From NCBI GenBank assembly GCA_016209965.1, contig JACQVE010000033.1, positions 1-48,524 on the forward strand: 48,524 nt of DNA, read 5' to 3'. This DNA comes from Gemmatimonadota bacterium (GTDB taxonomy: Bacteria > Gemmatimonadota > Gemmatimonadetes > Longimicrobiales > RSA9). Below, piece by piece: positions 31,110 to 39,694 of the stretch. The notes below the pieces were generated by a model, which did no database searches, was not told the DNA's origin, and saw only the letters and a program-made list of their open reading frames with translations. Every line of letters starts with the position of its first letter. The stretch's first letter is position 1. Position numbers and translations under genes: made by a program.

Positions 31110-32603
31110 CTACCTCCGGAACTCGTACTCCGGCAGCTCCCGCAAGTCGCCCCGCTCCACCTCCCCAATCAATTCGCCGCGCTTCGTCAGGTAGCGGACC
31201 AGAAAGCTCCCGGCCTGCCGCGGAACCGCCTGAAACTGGTTCCGTGCGACCAGCCCGAGATCCACCGGCCCCCGGTTGGGGATCAGGTTGCTGCTCCACT
31301 GGAAAACGAACCCCAGGTTCCAGCTCACAAGCAAAAGCAGCAGAGCCGCCACTAGCGTCGTTGGCGCCGGGGCGAGCCGTGCGGCTGACCGCCCCAGCGT
31401 TGCTGCGCCAAGCGCCCGGGCCAGGGCGGGCCGGACATGCTCTACGGTTGTCGCCAGGCCGAGCACGAAGACAGGGGTGCAGGAGACGAAAAAGCGACTG
31501 CCGAATGCCGAAAGGCCGTGCCAGGTGTGATACGAAGCGATCACGTAATAGAACCCGGCGAATACGGCCAGCACCACACCGCCCACCCAGCGCTCCCGCC
31601 GCCAGAGCAGCGGCAACCCCAGCAAGCTGGCGAGAAGAACGGGCGTCCACAGGAACATGCCGTGCTCCGCCGAGAAGCCAAGCTGCCAGAGGCGCGGACT
31701 ACCCCAGAAGAAGAGCTGGCCGTGCGCCAGGCCATAGCCGCTCTCGAAGGGCCAGCCGTAGAGCCGCCACTTGATCAGGAACTGAGGCATCATGGCCACC
31801 AGCAGGCCGGCGGCGAACGTCATGCCCAGGGCTGCGTGTCCCAGCAGCCGCCCCGAACCCTGCCGCAGCGCGCCGTGCACCCATTCGGCCAGGGCGACCA
31901 GGAGCAGCACTCCGTTCACCAGATAGGTTCCCACCATGAGGCCCGCCGCAGCGCCCCAGAGCAGCCACTGCTGGGCCCCCCAGTGCGCGCCCCGCCGCAG
32001 CCAGTACCAGAGGAAAAGTGACACGGTGAAGCCGGCCAGAGCGTGTGCCTGAAAGGGCAGGAGGTACATGTAGACCGGCAGTGAGGAGGCGAACCAGACT
32101 CCCGCAGTGCCCAGGAGCGCGGCGCCCGCTGAGACGAATCGCCGGGCAGTGCGATAAGCCAGCAACAAGCCAACAAAGCTCAGCAGCGCCGTGCCCGCAG
32201 CACAAAGCCAGAGGTAGGGCCAGGAAAACCCGTCCGGCTCGGGCGAACCGACAAATCGGTGCAGAACCAGGGCAACGGCGTGGCCGGCAAGGAAAAACGG
32301 GCTCCACAACAGCGAAGGCCCCACTGCCCAGAAGTTGACGGCGTGCCCCGTCGCCGTCCACATCTCGGGCACCAGCTCGCCCGCCTCGAACTTGGCCTCC
32401 AGCCACGCCGCGTCGCCACGGCGGTACTCGTTCTCGAACTGCACGTCGCCATCGATCACCAGCGAACGCACATAGGCGTAGTAACCCACGCCATCCCCCC
32501 GCAGGTAGGGATTGATGAAGGGCAAGGTCACCAGGAAAAGAACCACCAGCGCCCGCACCGGCCTCTCCCTCAGTGGTCGAATTCGACTACTCAGGCCACG
32601 CAC
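31110..32603 (-). CDS. Polytopic membrane protein, probable GT-C fold glycosyltransferase
   Basis: 497 aa with more than 10 hydrophobic helices. The first loop is [31 protein letters not shown] start with GGGAGG 7 nt upstream. The function is inferred from architecture and context only. Confidence 0.55.
   Translation of the reverse strand: MRGLSSRIRPLRERPVRALVVLFLVTLPFINPYLRGDGVGYYAYVRSLVIDGDVQFENEYRRGDAAWLEAKFEAGELVPEMWTATGHAVNFWAVGPSLLWSPFFLAGHAVALVLHRFVGSPEPDGFSWPYLWLCAAGTALLSFVGLLLAYRTARRFVSAGAALLGTAGVWFASSLPVYMYLLPFQAHALAGFTVSLFLWYWLRRGAHWGAQQWLLWGAAAGLMVGTYLVNGVLLLVALAEWVHGALRQGSGRLLGHAALGMTFAAGLLVAMMPQFLIKWRLYGWPFESGYGLAHGQLFFWGSPRLWQLGFSAEHGMFLWTPVLLASLLGLPLLWRRERWVGGVVLAVFAGFYYVIASYHTWHGLSAFGSRFFVSCTPVFVLGLATTVEHVRPALARALGAATLGRSAARLAPAPTTLVAALLLLLVSWNLGFVFQWSSNLIPNRGPVDLGLVARNQFQAVPRQAGSFLVRYLTKRGELIGEVERGDLRELPEYEFRR
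32572..32591. promoter_or_regulatory. 20-bp near-palindrome AGTGGTCGAATTCGACTACT
   Basis: One G:T mismatch. It shares the 14-mer TGGTCGAATTCGAC with the 12381-12406 palindrome. It lies in codons 5-11 of the GT-C ORF and 84 nt upstream of the divergent UXS ATG. Confidence 0.8.
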
Positions 32604-32674
32604 CGCCTTGCCTCCCGCCGCTCGGCCCCTTCAGGGTTGTGCCGCATCAGCGTGCACCGTACGTTGCCAGAGAT

Positions 32675-33634
32675 ATGCGCGTCCTCATCACCGGCGCCGC
32701 CGGCTTCCTCGGCTCCCACCTCTGCGACCGTTTCCTGGCCGACGGACACGAAGTCGTCGGCATGGACGACTTCATTACCGGCAGTCCGGACAATATCGCC
32801 CACCTCATCGGGCACCGAGCCTTCCGCTTTGTCGAGCACGACGTCACTGAATTCATCTACGTGGAGCGGCCGCTCGATGGCGTCCTCCACTTCGCCAGCC
32901 CGGCCAGCCCCGTCGATTATCTGGAACTGCCCATCCAGACGCTCAAGGTAGGCAGCCTCGGCACCCACAAGACGCTGGGCCTGGCCAAAGCCAAGGGGGC
33001 GCGCTACCTGCTCGCTTCCACTTCCGAGGTATACGGCGATCCGCAAGTCCATCCTCAGCCCGAATCCTACTGGGGGCACGTCAATCCTGTGGGGCCGCGC
33101 GGCGTGTACGACGAGGCCAAGCGCTTCGCCGAAGCCATGACCATGGCCTATCACCGCTATCACGGCGTGGACACGCGCATTGTCCGCATCTTTAACACCT
33201 ACGGCCCCCGCATGCGTCCTTCCGACGGCCGCGTCGTTTCCAACCTCATCGTGCAGGCGCTGCGCGGGGAGCCGCTGACCGTCTATGGCGACGGTTCCCA
33301 GACCCGCTCCTTCTGCTACGTAAGTGACGAGGTGGAGGGCATCTATCGCCTCTTCCTTTCCTCGTACGTCGGCCCGCTGAATATCGGGAACCCCGACGAA
33401 TTCACCATTCTCGAGCTGGCCCAGCGCATCCGGGAGCTCACTGGCACGCAAGCGGCCATCGAGCGCCGGCCCCTGCCCGTGGACGACCCCAAAGTTCGCC
33501 GCCCCGACATCACGCTGGCCACGCGTGAACTGGACTGGCGCCCTGCCGTTTCGCTCGAGCAGGGGCTAAGGCAAACCATCCCGTATTTTCAGAAGTTGGT
33601 CGTGGAAAGGGGGGCCGTGGCGCGCCCGCTCTAG
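32675..33634 (+). CDS. UDP-glucuronate decarboxylase (UDP-xylose synthase type)
   Basis: Motifs seen: [53 protein letters not shown] and [11 protein letters not shown] trimmed the track ORF (32573..33634) to the ATG at 32675. Confidence 0.9.
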   Translation: MRVLITGAAGFLGSHLCDRFLADGHEVVGMDDFITGSPDNIAHLIGHRAFRFVEHDVTEFIYVERPLDGVLHFASPASPVDYLELPIQTLKVGSLGTHKTLGLAKAKGARYLLASTSEVYGDPQVHPQPESYWGHVNPVGPRGVYDEAKRFAEAMTMAYHRYHGVDTRIVRIFNTYGPRMRPSDGRVVSNLIVQALRGEPLTVYGDGSQTRSFCYVSDEVEGIYRLFLSSYVGPLNIGNPDEFTILELAQRIRELTGTQAAIERRPLPVDDPKVRRPDITLATRELDWRPAVSLEQGLRQTIPYFQKLVVERGAVARPL

Positions 33635-33637
33635 CTG

Positions 33638-35482
33638 CTAGCCGACGCTGGACTCGACCCGCCGCCGCTCTGTAACCTCTACGGCCCGCAGATCAAGCTC
33701 CATTTGCAGCAACTCCACGCCCGTGCCCCGCGAGAGCAGGTGCGCCGAATGCATGCGCTGCGCATCCAGCTTCTTCGTGCCGATGACCAGCTTCTGCACT
33801 CGTTGCTGTGCCGCAACCTGGGGCAGGTCGCGGCCAGTTCCCAGCACCGGCACACCGTGCACCAGGCACCCCGCCTTGCCGGGATCATCGTCCAGGAAGC
33901 CGATCGGCTTGAGGCCCAGCTCGGGGTTGCCTTGCAGCTCGCGCAACACCAGCTCGCCCGTTCGGCCTGCGCCATAGATCAAGGTTCGAGAGCCCGCGTG
34001 ATCCAGAGAGATCCGAACCAGATCGAGCCAGCGGAACGAGGCGCGGGCACCAGCGGCGAGCAGAACCACCAGCATCCCGTCGATGACGAAGACCGCGGGC
34101 GAAACTTCCCCGCCCTGGAAGAATAGCATCACCGGCGCCGCCGTGAGCAACGCCCCCACTACTGTGGCCTTGACCAGGCGGTGCAGGTCCGGGATGCTGC
34201 TCTGGTGCCAGAAACCGCGATATACGCCGAACAGTCCAAAAGCCATCAGCTTGCCGGCCACCGCCACCGCGACCGTGCGCTCGAACAGCGCCGTCTGCGC
34301 GGGCGGCAGCACAGTATCGAAACGCAGCAGGAAGGCGCCGTAATACGCCACGGCGAAGACCACCAGATCGAGCAGCACTTCCAGTGCACGTCCGCGCGAC
34401 AGCACGTTCGAGAGCAGCACCAGCAGGCGCCCGGACGCCCTGGCCTCGTCCAGTGTGTAGGTGTGAAGCCGGCTGAGATAGAACCCCAACGCCACCAGAG
34501 CGACCAGGTAGACGCCGGCCAGGCCGAGCCCCAGCCCGCCGGCGGCCTGCGCCATCAAAAGGCCGATCACGCCCCCCACACCCGCCAGCACATACAGCAC
34601 AGCCGCTACCTGTGGCTCCCGCAGGCCGAGCGAGACCAGGCGGTGTGTGGTGTGGTCCAGGCCGCCCTGGAAAATGGAAAGCCCCGCCAGAGTGCGGGTA
34701 AAAACCACCAGTGTGGTATCGAATATGGGAATCGCCAGAATGCAAATCGGCACCAGCAGATAGGAGATTCCGCCTATCGAGGTGCTGCCCGCGCAAGCCG
34801 CGCCCAGCCCGGCCAGCAGCGCACCGAGGAAAAGGCTCCCGGAATCGCCCATGAAAATCGAGGCCCGTCGAAAGTTGAAGGGCAGGAAGCCGATGCCCGC
34901 GCCGGCCACAGCCATGGCCAGCGCAGCCGGCGGCCAGGCGCCTTCCAGCGCAAAAACCCCGGCAAAGCACAGCGCGCCCAACGCCGCAATGCCCGCGGCC
35001 ACGCCATCCATGTTGTCCAGAAGGTTCAGTGCATTGGTCAGGGCGACGAACCAGAAGAGCGTGAACACTGCATTCGCCCACGCCCACGGGGTTAAGGGAT
35101 AGACTACACCGAAGCTGATCAGCACCGACCCGGCGAACCCCTGGAACACGAGCTTCGAGGTAGGCCTCAGCTTGAAGACATCGTCCGCTGCGCCGGCCAG
35201 GAACATGATGAGGCCGGCAGCGAAGATGCCCGCCATGATGCGCCCTGCGGGGCTCAGCGTTAGCGGGAGCAAGGGACCGGATCTCTCGATGCCGGAGACA
35301 GCTACGCCCAGGCTCACGCCCGCACAAATGGCGATCCCGCCCAGCAGCGCCGTCGGCAGGTGGTGCCAGCGGTCGCTGGACGGTCGCGCCAGGACCCCTG
35401 CCGCCCGCGCACCCACACGCACCAGAGGCGTGAGCATCAGGGTCGCGAGTAGCGCGCTCAGGAAAGCAGGGATCAATCTCAC
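33638..35482 (-). CDS. WecA/MraY-like polyprenyl-phosphate hexose-1-P transferase (GT4 PNPT) fused to a C-terminal 4-TM + pseudo-Rossmann module
   Basis: The N-terminal ~330 aa carry LNLLDNMDGVAAG and FMGDSGSLFLG. The C-terminal ~280 aa carry LLDLVVFAVAYYGAFLLRF... helices followed by RTLIYGAGRTGELVLRELQGNPELGLKPIGFLDDDPGKAG..VHGVPVLG. Confidence 0.85.
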   Translation of the reverse strand: MRLIPAFLSALLATLMLTPLVRVGARAAGVLARPSSDRWHHLPTALLGGIAICAGVSLGVAVSGIERSGPLLPLTLSPAGRIMAGIFAAGLIMFLAGAADDVFKLRPTSKLVFQGFAGSVLISFGVVYPLTPWAWANAVFTLFWFVALTNALNLLDNMDGVAAGIAALGALCFAGVFALEGAWPPAALAMAVAGAGIGFLPFNFRRASIFMGDSGSLFLGALLAGLGAACAGSTSIGGISYLLVPICILAIPIFDTTLVVFTRTLAGLSIFQGGLDHTTHRLVSLGLREPQVAAVLYVLAGVGGVIGLLMAQAAGGLGLGLAGVYLVALVALGFYLSRLHTYTLDEARASGRLLVLLSNVLSRGRALEVLLDLVVFAVAYYGAFLLRFDTVLPPAQTALFERTVAVAVAGKLMAFGLFGVYRGFWHQSSIPDLHRLVKATVVGALLTAAPVMLFFQGGEVSPAVFVIDGMLVVLLAAGARASFRWLDLVRISLDHAGSRTLIYGAGRTGELVLRELQGNPELGLKPIGFLDDDPGKAGCLVHGVPVLGTGRDLPQVAAQQRVQKLVIGTKKLDAQRMHSAHLLSRGTGVELLQMELDLRAVEVTERRRVESSVG

Positions 35483-35557
35483 GAACGGCAGCTCACTGCC
35501 AGCGCCGGGGGTCGAGCCATGCCAGATCGGCTAGCCGTTCGTGATCATGACGAAGGA

Positions 35558-36253
35558 CTAGTCGGAGAAGCGGTACTTGAGAAGCGCCCAGATCGCATCC
35601 AGCCCGTCAACCCAAGAGATCTTCTTCCCCTCCTCCGCTGTCCGCGGTCGATAGGAGATCGGCACCTCGTGGATCCGGTGACCCGCTTTGAGCAGCTTCG
35701 CCGTGATTTCCGGCTCGAAATCGAAATGCACCGAACGCAGCCGGATCCCCGCCAGGGCTTCACGCCGGAATACCTTGTAGGCCGTCTCCATGTCCGTGAG
35801 GCTGGAGCGGTACAACAGATTGGTCAGCCAGGTGAGAAACCGGTTGGCCACCGCTCGCCGCCTGGGCACGCTCGCATTCTTGGCCGCGAAGCGCGAGCCG
35901 TAGACGATCAGTGCCGAACCGGACGCGATGGGAGCAAGCAGACGGGCGTACTCGGCTGGGTCCAGCTCGAGATCAGCGTCCTGAATCAGCATTACCTCCC
36001 CACTGGCATGATGCAACCCCAGCCGCACGGCAGCGCCCTTGCCCAGGTTGATGTCCGAGGTGTATACGCGCATGACGTTACCGTAGCTCTTACGGTACTC
36101 ATCCACAATGCCAGCCGTACCGTCTGTTGACCCGTCATCCGCGACAATGACTTCCTTCTCGAACAAGGGGATCTCCGTAGCTATCACCCGGTCCAGCACC
36201 TCGGCTATCGTTGTCTCCTCGTTATAGACAGGGACGATTATGGAGAGCTTCAT
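35558..36253 (-). CDS. GT2 glycosyltransferase, polyprenyl-phosphate sugar synthase-like (DPM1/GtrB/ArnC type)
   Basis: Motifs seen: LSIIVPVYNEE, ADDGSTDGT and LIQDADLE (DxD). It is short (231 aa) and soluble, like polyprenol-P mannose/glucose synthases. Confidence 0.85.
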   Translation of the reverse strand: MKLSIIVPVYNEETTIAEVLDRVIATEIPLFEKEVIVADDGSTDGTAGIVDEYRKSYGNVMRVYTSDINLGKGAAVRLGLHHASGEVMLIQDADLELDPAEYARLLAPIASGSALIVYGSRFAAKNASVPRRRAVANRFLTWLTNLLYRSSLTDMETAYKVFRREALAGIRLRSVHFDFEPEITAKLLKAGHRIHEVPISYRPRTAEEGKKISWVDGLDAIWALLKYRFSD

Positions 36254-36292
36254 GGCTTTCCCGACCTGGCCCGGCTGGCAGCCGGCTGTTCA

Positions 36293-36979
36293 CTACCGCC
36301 GATCGCTGCGATCCGCTGCACGGGCATCGGCCACCCTGGGCCGCACCGGATGGGGCTTCCGTGCATCGAGGATGATAGAGGTGTAGTTCAAGCGGCCGTC
36401 CCGGTTGCGCTCGTCAAAGCGGCTGGAGCGGCGAATCATCCCGTCTTGTGGATCCCAATCGCGATAGTGGAAGTGACCGTTCTCGTCGAAATATTCCAAT
36501 AGCTCGACCCGGAACCCCGCCGCCTGGAAGAGGTCACTCAGCCCGCGATAGGTGTAGAGGACCTGGTGGTCGTCGGCACCCGGCCCGCTACCACCGGGTC
36601 GCACCCAATCCCGATACCCAGCGTCTGGATGCAGCCCGTCCGGCACGGCCGCTCGCACATACCCTCCTGGCCGCAGATAGCGGTAACAGTTGCGCGCCGC
36701 CTCGAGCGCCTCCTCGGGCGCCAGATGCTCCCAGACGTGCTCCGCCAGGACGGCATCTATCGGGCGGAGCGCGAAATGCCTCCGCCAGTCGGACTCGCTG
36801 CGCACGTCCAGGGTATCGATATCGGTGGCTATCCAGCCCGGCTGGAAGACGCCACCCGCGCCCACCACCACGCGCAGCGTAGAATCTGCGGCACGCTGCG
36901 GGGAGCGGCTGCCGAGCCAGCCAGAGGCCCGGGATCGGGCGAAGTTGAAAAAGCGCTGTAAGAAAGCAGGTGCTTCCAT
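36293..36979 (-). CDS. Class I SAM-dependent methyltransferase-like protein
   Basis: VVGAGGVFQPGW...AEHVWEHLAPEEALEAARNCYRYLRPGGYVR resembles the type-11 methyltransferase fold. Confidence 0.65.
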   Translation of the reverse strand: MEAPAFLQRFFNFARSRASGWLGSRSPQRAADSTLRVVVGAGGVFQPGWIATDIDTLDVRSESDWRRHFALRPIDAVLAEHVWEHLAPEEALEAARNCYRYLRPGGYVRAAVPDGLHPDAGYRDWVRPGGSGPGADDHQVLYTYRGLSDLFQAAGFRVELLEYFDENGHFHYRDWDPQDGMIRRSSRFDERNRDGRLNYTSIILDARKPHPVRPRVADARAADRSDRR

Positions 36980-37118
36980 TCAAAGGCGAGGATCGACCAG
37001 TCAGCCCCTTGACGGCGCCGTCGACCGAGCGCGGCATGACACGGGCGTCCGCTCCAGCAACTGGTCGAGCATGAGGCGGTGCAGGGAAAGAGACTGGCGG
37101 CGCGGCCAGCGTCGCGGG

Positions 37119-38357
37119 CTACTCCGGGCGATCCTCGGGCTCGCCAACGCCCGCCGCAACTCTGACCGGGGGTGCTTCAGCCTCCGGGGGGGCCGCACCG
37201 TTGCGCAGTCCCCGTGCCCAAGCCAACAGACGGGCAGGAATGAGATCGCCCACGGCCTCCCTGGAAAGCTCCTGCAATTCGGAGTACTCGCGCGGGTTCG
37301 CCTGCAACTGGCGCTTCAGGAACTCCAGCAGGAAAGCCAGCCCTACGGAAAACACGAGTGCGGCAAGGGCAGCCAACACGCCATTGGAAACGGGAGAGCG
37401 CCCGCCACGGATCTCGGCCTCAACCGTGTTCTCCGGCTGTTCGATCACCGTTATCAACGGGGTGTTGCGCGCCTCCTCGATACGCATCTGCTCATTGCTT
37501 TGCGCCAGCGAGGAATAGATCTGCAACCGCAGGTCCACCCTCCGTTCCAGCCGCTTCTGTTCAAAGGCCAGGTGGGACGCGCCGATATAGCCGCGGTTCT
37601 CCTCCAGGAACTGCTGCAGCGCTGCCTCCGCCTTCTCCAGCTCAGCCCGCGCAATCTCCAGACGCTCCTCCACGAACTTGCGCTCCACCCCCACCTGAGA
37701 GCGGCGTCGGTCCAGATTGAACTGGTGCACCAGCTCTAGCAGCCGCCGATTCAACTGCACGGCCAGCTCCCGCCAGGCCGCCCTGGTGATGAGCACCAGG
37801 AAGCCCGTGGCCGCATCTACCTTGATCTCGACGCCGCCGGCGATCATCTTCGCCGCCCCTGCAAGCTGCGCCTTTTCATCTTCCTGAGACAACTGACCGC
37901 CCGGACCGTGTAGTATCTCGAGCAGCGTTCCCCGCACCGTATCGACGGCACCTGTCTCGCGCACCATTGGTATCGTGTACTCGGTCAGCGCAACCTGCCG
38001 CAGCAGGTCGCGCGAGCTTAGCAGCCACTTGTAGAAGTCGGGAGACTGATCTCTCGGGCCGCCACCCGTGAAGCCCAACTGGGCAGCGATCCCGCTCACG
38101 CGCGAGGCGCTTTGACCTTCACCCGTCACGAACATCGACTGGGCCACAAACTGCCGGCTCGGCGCTGCCGTGAAAAGAGCGCCGGCGACGAACGCAACCA
38201 GCGGCAAGCCGACGACCATGCGCCGTCGCCGCAACAACAGATTGACAAGCGTGAGAAGGGAAATCCCCTCCGGCTCGGCGGACGGGACTGTTTCAGCGGA
38301 GGCGCCGCCACGGTCGGCCGCACCAACGGGCGGCCCGTTCTGGGGCATGCTCATCAT
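37119..38357 (-). CDS. Polysaccharide co-polymerase (Wzz/GumC-like chain-length determinant), no kinase domain
   Basis: N-terminal TM (VVGLPLVAFVAGALF), a long coiled-coil-rich periplasmic region (AELEKAEAALQQFLEEN...) and a C-terminal TM (VLAALAALVFSVGLAFLLEF). Confidence 0.75.
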   Translation of the reverse strand: MMSMPQNGPPVGAADRGGASAETVPSAEPEGISLLTLVNLLLRRRRMVVGLPLVAFVAGALFTAAPSRQFVAQSMFVTGEGQSASRVSGIAAQLGFTGGGPRDQSPDFYKWLLSSRDLLRQVALTEYTIPMVRETGAVDTVRGTLLEILHGPGGQLSQEDEKAQLAGAAKMIAGGVEIKVDAATGFLVLITRAAWRELAVQLNRRLLELVHQFNLDRRRSQVGVERKFVEERLEIARAELEKAEAALQQFLEENRGYIGASHLAFEQKRLERRVDLRLQIYSSLAQSNEQMRIEEARNTPLITVIEQPENTVEAEIRGGRSPVSNGVLAALAALVFSVGLAFLLEFLKRQLQANPREYSELQELSREAVGDLIPARLLAWARGLRNGAAPPEAEAPPVRVAAGVGEPEDRPE

Positions 38358-38423
38358 GCTTTCTCTTTTGTTCAGAGTCGGACTACCCCGAGTTGCGCGC
38401 CAGAGGCAAATCAGGCCAGGCCG

Positions 38424-39620
38424 TCACAGGCTCTGAACCTCCTCCAGCGCACGTACGAACTCGGCCAATTGCGCGGCACCATCGTAATGGGGTGCAATGC
38501 GGAACGCGCGCTGCCCCATCTCATCCAGTCGCCCGGGGTCGGCCGCGAGCTGACCGATGGCGGCAGCTACCGAAGCGGGCTCGTCCGGATCTGCAACCAG
38601 GCCGCAGCCGCTCTCGCTTACAATGCGAGCGGGGTCACTACCCGCGGGCGCTACCGCCAGCACCGGGCGCCCGGCGGCAAGGATCGGGTACAGCTTGCTG
38701 GGCACGACCACCCCCTCAAAACCACGCCGCACGGTCACGATATGGAGGTCCGCGGCGCCCAGTACGTACGGTACCTCCTGGGGCGGCCGGTAGGGTAGGA
38801 AGCGGACCCGCTTGGAGCCGTTGGCGAGCAGCTCGAGGCGCTCACGCTCCGCGCCATCCCCAATGAACACCACCCCCACGTGATCGCCCTCCAGCAGCTC
38901 GACAGCACGCAGCAAGGTCTCCCAGGCGCCGTAAAACCCCAGGTTACCGGCGTGCAGGACGACGAAGCGGAAGCCGCTCCGGATCTCCTGCACTACGGGG
39001 TGGTCCCGCCGGATCGCAGGCGGCGGCTCGATGACGCCATCGCGCACGACCTGGACGCGCTCGGCGGGCACCCCCTTCTGCACCACGCGCTCGCGCATGT
39101 CCTCGCCCAGTACAATGACGCGATCCGCGCGCCGCAGCGCCCAGCGGTGTACCACGTCCCAGACGCGTACCCACCACGCGTCGCGCACCACTCCGCTGGC
39201 CAGGGCCATATCCGGGTAGAGGTCCCGAATGTTGTAGACAAATGGGCGCCGCCGCAGCGTGGCCACCACGGCGCCGGCAATCCCGGCCATTGGCGGATCC
39301 GTCATCGCCAGAACCAGATCGGCCCGGATCATCAGAGCGCGCGGCACGGCCAGGGCGAGGTAGGAAAGGTAATTCGAAATCCGGCGCCAGAGGCGGTAGC
39401 GGGGGAAAGCCGTGGAGCCCAGCCGCTCGATCACCAGGTTACCTGATTCCTGCCGCCGCCTTACATAAAAGGGGTGCTCTTCTGCGGGGTCGTAGGACGG
39501 ACGGCCAGCCAGGACAGTAACACGGTGTCGCTGAGCCAGTGCATCAGCGACCAGCCGCGCCATCCTGGCCGTCGCGGCCGTGTCCGGCGGGAAATACTGG
39601 TTGAGCAGCAGTACGTGCAT
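38424..39620 (-). CDS. GT4-family (GT-B) glycosyltransferase, WcaI-like
   Basis: MHVLLLNQYFPPDTAATARM at the N-terminus and VVPSKLYPILAAGRPVLAV in the C-terminal domain. Confidence 0.85.
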   Translation of the reverse strand: MHVLLLNQYFPPDTAATARMARLVADALAQRHRVTVLAGRPSYDPAEEHPFYVRRRQESGNLVIERLGSTAFPRYRLWRRISNYLSYLALAVPRALMIRADLVLAMTDPPMAGIAGAVVATLRRRPFVYNIRDLYPDMALASGVVRDAWWVRVWDVVHRWALRRADRVIVLGEDMRERVVQKGVPAERVQVVRDGVIEPPPAIRRDHPVVQEIRSGFRFVVLHAGNLGFYGAWETLLRAVELLEGDHVGVVFIGDGAERERLELLANGSKRVRFLPYRPPQEVPYVLGAADLHIVTVRRGFEGVVVPSKLYPILAAGRPVLAVAPAGSDPARIVSESGCGLVADPDEPASVAAAIGQLAADPGRLDEMGQRAFRIAPHYDGAAQLAEFVRALEEVQSL

Positions 39621-39694
39621 GCCGTACCCTCAGGCGTCGCCCGGGTCAGTGCCCGCCCGGAGCGACCACGCCAGCCCGGGCCACGAGCCGCGCC

